From assembly GCF_964355755.1 (NCBI RefSeq), contig NC_092673.1, forward strand, positions 35,027,648 through 35,091,647: 64,000 nt of DNA, given 5' to 3'. The notes under the pieces were generated by a model, which saw only the letters and a program-made list of their open reading frames with translations, was not told the DNA's origin and ran no database searches. This stretch comes from Antedon mediterranea. Taxonomy: Eukaryota; Animalia; Echinodermata. Position numbers and translations under genes: made by a program. This document shows, piece by piece, positions 23,905 to 36,700 of this stretch; the stretch's first letter is position 1; each line of letters starts with the position of its first letter.

Positions 23905-26900
23905 CGTCAACATGATTTACAAAAAAAGTAGCCTAAAGTTTTTTTTATCTTTGCCCAATTTTTCAGTTTAGGAATGATTAGTCATAGGCCTACCATTTAA
24001 AACAGTTTTTTAACATTTTAGTCTATATGTTGTATCAAACAGTAATGTTTTATTCCGTGCAGTTATCTGGTTGATAGTTGGTGGAGTAACTATATTGTAT
24101 TAAACAGTAATGTTTTATTCCGTGCAGTTATTTGGTTGATAGTTGGTGGAGTAACTATTATATTAAACAGTAATGTTTTATTCCGTGCAGTTATCTGGTT
24201 GATAGTTGGTGGAGTAACTATATTGTATTAAACAGTAATGTTTTATTCCGTGCAGTTATTTGGTTGATAGTTGGTGGAGTAACTATATTGTATTAAACAG
24301 TAATGTTTTATTCCGTGCAGTTATTTGGTTGATAGTTGGTGGAGTAACTATTATATTAAACAGTAATGTTTTATTCCGTGCAGTTATCTGGTTGATAGTT
24401 GGTGGAGTAACTATATTGTATTAAACAGTAATGTTTTATTCCGTGCAGTTATTTGGTTGATAGTTGGTGGAGTAACTATTATATTAAACAGTAATGTTTT
24501 ATTCCGTGCAGTTATCTGGTTGATAGTTGGTGGAGTAACTATATTGTATTAAACAGTAATGTTTTATTCCGTGCAGTTATTTGGTTGATAGTTGGTGGAG
24601 TAACTATATTGTATTAAACAGTAATGTTTTATTCCGTGCAGTTATTTGGTTGATAGTTGGTGGAGTAACTATTATATTAAACAGTAATGTTTTATTCCGT
24701 GCAGTTATCTGGTTGATAGTTGGTGGAGTAACTATATTGTATTAAACAGTAATGTTTTATTCCGTGCAGTTATTTGGTTGATAGTTGGTGGAGTAACTAT
24801 TATATTAAACAGTAATGTTTTATTCCGTGCAGTTATCTGGTTGATAGTTGGTGGAGTAACTATATTGTATTAAACAGTAATGTTTTATTCCGTGCAGTTA
24901 TTTGGTTGATAGTTGGTGGAGTAACTATATTGTATTAAACAGTAATGTTTTATTCCGTGCAGTTATTTGGTTGATAGTTGGTGGAGTAACTATTATATTA
25001 AACAGTAATGTTTTATTCCGTGCAGTTATCTGGTTGATAGTTGGTGGAGTAAGTATATTGTATTAAACAGTAATGTTTTATTCCGTGCAGTTATTTGGTT
25101 GATAGTTGGTGGAGGAGTAACTATTATATTAAACAGTAATGTTTTATTCCGTGCAGTTATCTGGTTGATAGTTGGTGGAGTAACTATTATATTAAACAGT
25201 AATGTTTTATTCCGTGCAGTTATCTGGTTGATAGTTGGTGGAGTAACTATTATATTAAACAGTAATGTTTTATTCCGTGCAGTTATCTGGTTGATAGTTG
25301 GTGGAGTAACTACAAATGAGGAAGATGTCCAGATGTTTATGTTGGCGTCCAGTGATCTCGGAATGACGTCAGGAGAATTTGTATTTATTCACTTTGATCT
25401 GGTTCCCGAGTTGACAAACATGACGAAACGATGGCAGACTATCGGTCCGATATTGAATCAGAACAACGAAAGAAAAATAAGGGACGCATTCGACACATTG
25501 TTAACCATTACTTTCAAGTAAAATAATTTTTCATATTTATTTGTTATACTGTAGTTTAAAAGTAAAGACACAACCTACCCCACTCAGTACGAATGAAAAT
25601 GCTTCTTTGATGAGATTTGAACTCATGTTTACAGATCACTTACCTGGAATCATTACGTCCTATCCCCCTTCCTCCACCTATAATTTCTAAACCGTTGTCT
25701 GATAGCTTTTTGGAAGTCATTCTTTATTAATAGGCCTCTGTAACTTACAAATCTATCCTACAACACAAATCATGCACGCACCTTTTTTCCTAGTTTAAAC
25801 TAAATAGCAAATATACAATCACGAAGAAATAATATATATAATAACTTATTTCCAATGAGTAGTCAAGCAATTATGTACTAGGCATTAGCCTATTTGTATC
25901 TGCACGTTACTTAAAGGTTACCAACAGACGGTCGAATTGAGAACATGAACGACGTACAACCTCAGGCACAGGTAGTAGAAGGTCATTTATGACGGTTATT
26001 AGTTATTGAAATAATATTTTAGTACCTTATATGTGTGTAGATGATGGATGGTGATTATGACGACGTAATTACAATGATGATGATTAAGCTGACGATTTAT
26101 TATTTTCGATACAAACGCTAATGATGAAACTAAAAATGTGTAAATAATAAATACATAAACAATAATGATAATTTAATAGATTCATAGTTCAGTGTTTTAT
26201 TTAAACCACCACAGTATTAAACTGCAGATGCATTTAAATAAAATGAAAAATATAGACTTCGATATAAACAATTAAATTTAAATCTTAAATTCAAAATAGT
26301 TTATTCTGAAGACTTTGAAAGATTAGTTTCCTATTGTTTCTAAGCCGGATCGAAGCTAACTTATTATAATCAGAAACAATCGTAACCAACAACGTTATAG
26401 ATTCTTTCATTTAGGCCTAAATTGCTATTTGACAACGTTTAAACATTTTAGACAGTTATTGTACTTGCGTCACTGTTTAATAATCACTGATTGTTATATG
26501 ATTAATATACAATGTTTACCACCTCCACTACATGATAATGGCACACTCATGAAAGGTTAAAGAAAAAAAAATTACAGAAAATATAGTTTTATCCGGTTAT
26601 GAATGCGGTTGGCTGAAAATCAGTAAATCTTTACTTTCATTTTTGAAAGCGCAGTTTTTAATAGTATAGGAGTAGTTCGATCTATCAAACTTCAGGTGAC
26701 AAAAAAATGTGATGTGCCCATATATGGACATGATGATGTCATACCACTACCATATGTGGGCATATCACTACCATATGTGGGCATATCACTACCATATTTG
26801 GGCACATTTTTTGTTAAACTAGTTTGATAGTGTAGACAGACCTTTTAGTAGCATTATAAAAGTTTTCGCAACAAATGTTTTCTAACAATATGTAATCCGG

Positions 26901-29900
26901 AGTTGGCCTTTGTCTTTTTAGAATCCCAGTATTATGGCCGCTTATCTATACGATGCTGTTATACTGTATGTAAACACAGTTTCAAGTAGCTTATCGTCAC
27001 ACGATGGATACATGGTCGGCAAGTCACTCAAGACCACAGCATTTGAAGGTGTGTACTGTACAAATACTTTTTAGTTCAAAAAGGCCCAATTGTTAAGTTA
27101 TAGATAGTCCAACAAGACAATACTTTATTATATTCACATAATCTTATTTTTAATACAATTCGTAACAACAAGAATTAAACTATGCATCGCGCAATTTTCT
27201 CTATAGCCGGATCCAAATAAAAATTAAAATAACAATAAAACATTTTTATTATTCGGTTAAACCACAACATTTGAAAGTTTATACAAATACTGTTGTTTAT
27301 TTAGATCAATGAACAGGCCGAATTGTTGGCACAACAAAACAGGTACTGTGATTTACAAAATCGAAACTTATTTTTCAATACAATCCGTAAACAACAACAT
27401 TTAACTGTGCATGGCAAATACGTTTATCTCTATGGCAGGATCCAAATCAACTTAAACAAATAACAATAAAATAATTTTATTATTCGGTTAAAACCTCAAA
27501 TTTGAAGGTTTATACCAATACTGTTGTCTAATTATCTCAACATTACAGCTATTGTATGCCCTACTGTAATTTTAAAAATCTGAACTTATTTTTTAATACA
27601 ACTATTATTAATTAACTGTACATCGAAAATTTTATAGAACCCAAATTAACAAAAAAAGTAAAAATAATATTATTCGGTTCAAATGCACAGCTTTGATAGT
27701 GTCTGTGTTACTGAAAAAGTTTAGCAGGACCTCAAGCAATACAATATGACTGTGTATTCCTTCCGTTAATTTAAGCACTTTACTTATATTTGGAACCAAA
27801 CCTGGACCGCCACTATTTCCTGTACAGCCTTGTTGCCGACGAGAGGTCCTCACAACATTTCTCCATTCGTTTCTTTTCTGTGAAATTGCTTTTATTTTTG
27901 CCAGATCCGCCACTACTTTATAGACTTATGCGATTAAATGCTTTTTAACTGTGTATTACTGACTGTCTACTCCCTGTCTTTAATTATTAACCACAAATGA
28001 ACAATTTGTACTCAACAATATGTAGAATTAAACTGTATACTCGATGATAAAAGGTCTGGTTGGCTAATCTTGTCAGTGTGCTTATCTATCAGGAACATCA
28101 GATGCAATATCAATTTGTGTTTATTGTGATTGTAATTAGAATTTTATGCGACGAACACGAAACAAATCGTTCCCTCAAGACAGTGTTCAGTTATAAGAAT
28201 AACATATTAGTATCAAAACTACTTATATATGTTGTAATGCTGTAAAAATTAATACTTTTGGCTGTAAAATCATAATTGTTAACTTCGTCTATTCGTCCGA
28301 AATTGTTCTATATTTTCATTATCAAAAACGTTTTCTCCATATACTCTTTTGGTATTTCATTGGATTAATTTATTTAACGGCCTAAATCTTTCTTTCAACG
28401 ATGCTTTACAATATACAGTACTGTATTTAGAGTCTATTTATATTTATGCCAAATTTCATTTTTTCATTTCATTTATTCCACATTTATTTAGTCATCAATT
28501 ACAGTACATCATAATTACAGTACAACTGAAAACAGGGATCCTGCATAAAAAAGCTGTAGCTTCGTTTTTTTGTAGGACCCTTTTACATAAGAACAAGTAT
28601 ATAGAACTTAAATAAACAAAGGTGTTGTTAATCAGCATATAGTGATAAAAAGTATTTTTTGACCTGTTTTTTTATACATTTATTTTGTTTATTTAAGATA
28701 ACCGGTTTATTACCACCATTACAAGTGAATTCTTTCCACAATTTTGGTCCATATATGTGTATAAACTGTTGACTGCAAGTTAGTCTTGTGAAGGGAATTT
28801 CGAATTTCGATATGTAACTATATCGTTTTAAGAATGAAATTTTATTGAATATTATGCATCGGTTTGTAATTCATGAATACGTTCATAACTGAAAATGAGA
28901 AGAAATTACAATAAAGATGGGTGATTCCTACGAAAGAAGAAAAAGTATTTAGAATAGGCTATAAGAACATTTATTATTTATTATTACAGGAATGACCGGG
29001 CATGTTGCGTTTGATGATGACGGTGATCGGATCTCCGACTACGTATTGATGGATTTTCAGGTAAGCTACAGCAATTATCAGTCTTTTAGTTGTAACCATC
29101 CAACACGTTACCTCAGTCGGAACATTTAAGTAGGCCTAGTAAGCAAGATAACAAAATCTAATATGTAGACATATAAATATAATGTAGACATATACAAATC
29201 TGTGTGTTAACAACGCGAGACACTATACTAGTATTTTTCCACAATTGTAATCATTTTGTGTAAGTATTATGAAGGTCTTTTTTTGTTTGCAAGACCTTTT
29301 TTCGTGTGAATTAGAAAGGATGATTTTCTTTTACCTATAACGTAATCTTATTTTTTCCACATAAGGATTGCTAACAACCGGCTACATTTTGAGGTGGTTC
29401 AGGGTTTTTTGGGGGTGTGAATTATTTTCATATTTAAAGAGAACATTTATCAATATATTTGAATAAATTTACTATTCAAATTGCAGTAGGGAATAAGAAT
29501 GATTTTACAGGGAAAAAAAGAGTTGTGGACTCTGTATAATGTACCGGTACTGTATAATGACAATAATACTGTATATGACAAATCCCAACCTTACCTGATA
29601 CAGTCAACATGCACGTGAAATGTATTATGATACTAAACAACAGTATTGCCATATGCGAAACTTAAATGAATAGGTAATCTGTTTATATGGTTTACACAAA
29701 TATGTATTTTTAAGGGTGTTACACACTATAACGATAACGATCGACGATAAATATATACATAGGTATCCTATAATAGTTTGTTCGATTTATTTTATTTGTG
29801 TGTAAAAACACATATTTATCAACTTCTCGTCGATCGTTATCGTCCATAATATAATTGAGTCTTTTATTCTATTTCAATCACTTTCCATACAGGATGCTTA

Positions 29901-30712
29901 TCGATTTGCACCGGTAGCGACGTTTTTTTATTTGAATAAAAGCGTCACAAGTTTCGGCACAATATTATGGCCGGGAAACATAAAACCAGGCGACACAGTT
30001 ATAACAAAATCGGGTAAGTATTATTATAGCGCTATGGTTTATGTGTAATGATCATTAAACTTTATAATCATAGTGTGCCACATACTAATATCTCATAGAC
30101 TCCCCCAAAGATACACAGATGTTGATAAAAACATTTGTCCGCCTAGCTACTACTATCAACATTAATATTTTGTATGCACATGTACATAAATGCATACATT
30201 TGTTTTAGTTTGTACGAGTACTATACGTACCAAAATACATTGTTATAACATTATTCTATACATGCTGTATTATCAGCATTTTACGCATGCATCAAGTGTT
30301 TTTGGCTGATACTAATAATTTAAAGTGGTAGACCTACACGTGAACATTTTTTTTAGTGATAGCACTTTAAATACTGTAGGCCTATTATTAGTTTTAAAAA
30401 ATGGTTATAATATGGTTTTCTTTAACAGATTGGTGGATAATCTTGGTAGTAGCTGTTATAGGTGTAGCTGGAATAGTTATCATAATGGCAGTCCTATGGT
30501 TAAGGTAGTGACATTATCTTTAACTTCTGATTTTTAATGTGTGTTTCTTTTTTTCTTCTGTTTGTCGGTTTCTTGAAATTAGGAGTCAAAATCGGATCAA
30601 ACGAAACGTGACCGAAATCATTTGAATTTAAATTATAAACCAATTATTTAGAGAAAACTATTTGTATTGAAAATATTATTGTAAATCAAAAAGTTTTGGC
30701 ATAGACAGACGC

Positions 30713-30744
<32 letters not shown>

Positions 30745-33700
30745 AATACGCTATACCTCTATTATATATTAGCAGAGAAGATTTGTCAATTTTAATCGTT
30801 ACTTTAAATTTCCGCTAAAGGAATAGTGACTTAGTTATTTTAATCAGAAAATAAATAATTATTTATTCGTATAAACTACCTCTTGAAACAATGAAGACAA
30901 TACTGCTACCTTAAATTAAATAACGTAATCTTTCAATTTGTTCACAGCGCGAAATATCGTAAGTATATCAACAGGAAAGATTGGCTGATAAAGTTTGACG
31001 ATTTGATACCATTATATCATCACAATTTACTAGCGGTAAGATTCAACGCATTAAGGCCAATTTACACTGACGAGCCGAGATACATATTCTACGTGGGACA
31101 AGCTACGCGTTTTTCTGCTTACCGTTACCACTCGTCTGTGTAAATTGGCATCCGATAGCATGGCCAACATAAGTGTGACCTTATGTTGTTTTGTTCTCGC
31201 GTTGTTGTGTGTAAATGGTCATAAAAAATAGGCGCGTCCGTATACTGTAATTTAATTGGTTGAAAGTTGTTTGCGCTGAGCCAAATTGATCAAATTAAAA
31301 TATGTATATATTTTTATTCAATGTGTTTTTAAAAAATAACTTATATGTTCAATACGATCATTTTTTGTTTAATTTATTTTTTTGTCGAGTATTTTTGCGG
31401 TTATGAAGTAAACCTTATACATTTACAGACAACCTGTTTGCCGTCAACCGTGCAGCTTCATCAGACGTCATCCGCTGGCCAGGCCGAGGCATCGTTGTCA
31501 TTGGATGTTGGTGATTTAGCGGCTGAGTTACGTCATGGTACTCAAACGGTAGCTATTTATAAAGCGCAATACGTAGCGGTTTTGACAGGCCAGCTGAAAA
31601 ACTTTCATCTGAATAAGGTCACAAAGAAAGAACTGCAAGCGGTAATAATATGTTAATCATAATTAGATTGTTCTGAATAATATGACGACTAACATTATGA
31701 TGATGATAATGATGATGATATTAATAAAGATCAGTAGAGTATCCAGAGTGATGATGATGATGATATTAATGAAGATCAGTAGAGTATCTAGGATGATGAT
31801 GAAGATATTAATACAGATCAGTAGAGTATCTAGGATGATAATGAAGATATTAATACAGATCAGTAGAGTATCTAGGATGATGATGAAGATATTAATACAG
31901 ATCAGTAGAGTATCTAGGATGATGATGAAGATATTAATACAGATCAGTAGAGTATCTAGGATGATGATGAAGATATTAATACAGATCAGTAGAGTATCTA
32001 GGATGATGATGAAGATATTAATACAGATCAGTAGAGTATCTAGGATGATGATGAAGATATTAATACAGATCAGTAGAGTATCTAGGATGATGATGAAGAT
32101 ATTAATACAGATCAGTAGAGTATCTAGGATGATGATGAAGATATTAATACAGATCAGTAGAGTATCTAGGATGATGATGAAGATATTAATACAGATCAGT
32201 AGAGTATCTAGGATGATGATGAAGATATTAATACAGATCAGTAGAGTATCTAGGATGATGATGAAGATATTAATACAGATCAGTAGAGTATCTAGGATGA
32301 TGATGAAGATATTAATACAGATCAGTAGAGTATCCAGAATGATTCGGGAGCTTTCTATTTCCGATGACCAAACTATGTCAGTGTCACGTTAATTCATTGT
32401 GCGCATGCGGAGATATTAGGACGTTTTTCCTCACTGACGGTTTCTACTGAAGGTCTAGGCGACGACGACGATACATCGATTGACCTGATCGCAAATCAAA
32501 AGATCCGCAATGTCTGCGTACTGCGTCCAGAATTCTACATTAAGATCATGGCGGCGATTGCACGATCATTCAGTGTCGGTGACGTCACGAAATATGTACT
32601 GCCTATAAAGTAATAAAGTACCTTAGTCACTACTCCTATAACGTCCTATTCAAATAACACTACTCCTACTCATTCTAATGCCAACTAATGCTAACGCAAT
32701 CATTGGAATCGTATAGGCCTAATCATATAGGCCTAATCATATCAGAAATGCGAACCTCTGTAATATTAATAGCTCTATATTTCATGAACCGCCCGTTCAA
32801 TATACGGTAACAACCATAATGCAAGTTTTCCATCACCAGGTAAGGGCATCAATTCGATATTGGAGTGACACGAGGAATTTGAGTCGCATATACGTACGCG
32901 CGATTTAATTGGTTGCACAATCGGCAAAAAAAGTTTGTTTAAATGTATCCACAGAAATCTGACGTTATTCGCGCGAAATAAGGTGAAAACACCGCCTAAC
33001 AAATACATATCTTAACGTTTTTTTGCAGTTACGCTGGCTGGTTCACGACAACATAAACCGCTTCTTAGGAATATGCTTCCCTCCTAAAGACGATGAAATG
33101 CTTTTATACTTAACCGAACATTGCTCAAAAGGAACGCTTCGTGTTGTGTTAGATAATGACGATATCAAGCTTGATTCTACGTTCAAAATGTCTTTTATAA
33201 ACGACTTAACTAGAGTAAGAAATGTATGGTAAAACGCTAAGACTTATCTACAGATAGTAATGTATGTTGAAATGCTAAGATACATTAGCAAGCTATAATT
33301 GTTTGTCTTCCGTTTTCATTATCAATAATTCATATAATTGCATCAAATTTCTACGAATGTATTTTTGCAATTAGGTCTCAATATGAATTTTACACTTAAG
33401 CCTAACCTCTGTATCTTGTAGTTAGGCCTCGCCTCACTTTGGATATTGGATTTAAGCCTCCTTTGGTTTTGCAATTAGGCCTATACATTCAATTATAGGC
33501 CACAGAATACATCTAGTAATGCCATGTAGATTAAGAAATCTGTTTAGTGTATTTAAATTTGACGTTTTATTTTTATTTAATCGTCTGTTTTTGTTATAGT
33601 TTGTTATCCCTGAGTAGGCCTACAGGGTACAGACAGTTATACAAAAAATATGGGCATCGCCTACTAGATTTTAGATTTAAGCCTCGCTCTGATATTGCAA

Positions 33701-36700
33701 TAGGCCTACACTCTGTCTCCTGCATTTAACTACTTTGTGTATTTTGTCCATGCTTTATAGGGTCTTCAATACATTCATAACTCAGAGATTAAGTCACATG
33801 GTTTATTAACGTCAAGTCTGTGTGTAATTGATAGTCGATGGGTGTTGAAGATTACGGGAATTGGAACGATTGCACATCAAACATACAAAGACAATTTATA
33901 TAAATCCGAACCATCGTACAGATTTTCCAGTAAATATATTTTTTTAAGTTGTTATTGCATTTTTGGAATTCATGTTTTATTTATTTTGTATTTCTAATAT
34001 ATTTTCTTTATCTAGAGAAAACTTACAAACTCAACAAAAAGGCCTACTTTAAACAAATTAAAAATACTAAATATTTTTTAAATACGTTTAACAATAATAG
34101 CGCATTTTTTTTAATGTAAAGATTGGTTTGCAACGCAACGACCGAAGCGCAACGTACGTGAGTTGACCAATCACAAAAGACCAATCGCGTCGTGATAGGC
34201 CAAATTATGTCCAGCTTTAAGCGTGGTAACCACTAGAGGTGCAACCAATGACGTAGACGCATGTTTTTGTTTTGTTGCATATTATCATTGCAGCCAAAAC
34301 TGAATTACAGAATATTTACATCAACATTTATAAAACAAACTAAATATAGGCCTACACAATACATGCATATAACAAGTTTAGCAATGACAAGCGACAGTTA
34401 GAATCATCCATCGCGTGTGATTGGTCAGATGGCTTTCGTTGCGCTTACGTCATTGCGTCCTAGTGGAAACCACGCATTACTCCCACAATTACCAGTTAAC
34501 TATTTGAAAAAATATCTTTTGGAATAATACATTTAATTTAACAGTGTCAATTTATCAAGAAGTCATGACTGCTCAGGATGATACTAGAATCACTCATCAC
34601 TAAAAACACCTAACCTAGCTAACCCCTGATGCTTTATTTGTAATAATTAGTTATTTTATTTCCCGTAGGAATGGTGTGGACAGCACCCGAGCTGCTGCGA
34701 CAAGAAATCCCCATCAAAGGCAGTCAGAAAGGAGACATCTACTCATTAGCAATAATATTATATGAAATAGTTTCACAAAACAATCCTTATGCAATATATG
34801 AAAAATCACCGAAAGGTACAGTTCACATTGCACGCTATTTGCTATTAAAGCGTGGTTCCCACTAGCGACGCAACGCAAGGACGTAACGCAACGCAAGTGA
34901 ATTGACCAATCACAAGCGATGGCTTATTCGCTTGTGATTGCCAACTGTCTATAACTTCGCTTGTCATTGGTTAAAACGCTTGCGTTGCATTTACGTCCTT
35001 GCGTTACGTTCTAGTGGGAACCAAGCTTAAAGGTTGAACCATTCAGTTATCTCTTTCTCGTTCTTCCTAATTTCCAGTTCAGTTCCCGGTTAAGATAAAG
35101 TAACAATTACCGTATATCACTAGTCATCATGTTATGGTGGCGATGTTAAATGTCGGCAAATAATTACAAAAATAGACATATGACGTCAGAGAGCTGATCA
35201 TCATTTTTTCATACGGTATCATACATATAATATCACTCATAAACAAGTAGAAATTGTTTTTATCTAAATTTAAACGAAATTTATTTATTTAAAACGTGTG
35301 TTCATTTGTCACGTAGGCTAATCGCTGAAATAAAACGGTCTTTATTTCAGAGGTGATACGTCTGGTGATGAAGCGAGAGGAGCCTCCATTTCGTCCAATG
35401 AAACAAAGTCATTTTTCTGAAATAGCCAGTGATGGAACTCTAAACGGCTTACCCACTGAACTACTAGATTTCGTCAAACAAGGATGGGAAGAGCTTCCCG
35501 AAGACAGACCAGATATACACTCATTTCGTCAGAAACTCAGGATCGTCAGGAAAGGCCGGTAAATCATGTGCTTGTGAAATTATGGTATAAAGGAAGGAAG
35601 GTAGTTTTCTGAAGGATAGTTATGCGTCCCTGGGGTAGTGGCACAAGGAGTAGTTGCACAGGGGGTAGTTGCACAGGGAGTAGTTGCACAGGGTGTAGTT
35701 GCACAGGGTGTAGTTGCACAGGGTGTAGTTGCACAGGGGTAGTTATCTATGAATTTTAAAATATATTTACACATTTTAGCAAAGTTTATTTTCATACTTT
35801 AATTTGTTAATTTTTTTAATTTTTTTATTTATTTTTTTTTTTTTTTTACAAATGCTAAGTTTGGTTTATTTTAGGTCTTTCATATTATTAATTATTTTAT
35901 CATTGTAAACAACACTTAACTGTTACATGGAGGTTACTTCTTAAAATTTATATTCATTATAAATCTCAAAACATAAATCATGATTGTTCTAAGATAAAAA
36001 TGTTAATAAAATACAAACATAAATAATTAAAAAAAATAGTACCACTGTAAATTAATTACTAACCACGATTAACTTTCATAATAATACAGTATTAACAAGA
36101 ACATAAATAATAAAATAATAATAAATAATATAAAAGATTATAAATTTAATAATATCCTCAATAATAGCCTAATAAAATTTCTTTAAACAATAAGATATTA
36201 ATAATGTTGATAATAATAATAATAAATAAATATACTTATATAGGCCTATACTCCATCAAAAGTTAAGTGTTGTACTTTTTCACTATTGTATAATTCATTT
36301 TCTTTTCTTTTTCTTTAAACTTATGAACGCACCGTCATAAAACGTGTGCCGCTGTTCTAAAAGCGTCTGTTCAATAAAGTTATTATTATTATTATACCTA
36401 TTTTATTTGCTTTTTTAAATATTGTTTAGAAAAGAAAGTATAATGGACACAATGCTGGCGAAAATGGAAAAGTACACGGACAACCTGGAGAAGGTTGTAT
36501 TGGATAGAACAGGACAACTACTAGAAGAAAAGAAGAAAACAGATGAATTACTTTACAGAATGCTGCCACCGTACGTACTTTACTTCAGTCTGTGTTTTTC
36601 ACGGGGCGCCGTTTGGAACATTGTTTAAAGGGCTTCTTTTGTTAACGAAATGGGAATATTTCAAACGGCACCCGGTACATAAATCAGACCCTTTATTTTT

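Noticed and set aside
24031-25312. CRISPR-like appearance of this and the other regular arrays (31710-32340, 40936-41660, 63181-63810)
   Set aside because: Units are contiguous near-identical copies with no unique spacers, no cas genes are present, and the context is intron-containing eukaryotic DNA.
31682-32392. 236-aa ORF ([14 protein letters not shown])n
   Set aside because: Open only because the 42-bp unit lacks a stop in one frame. It lies in a cyclase intron, and exons 9 and 10 join in phase without it.
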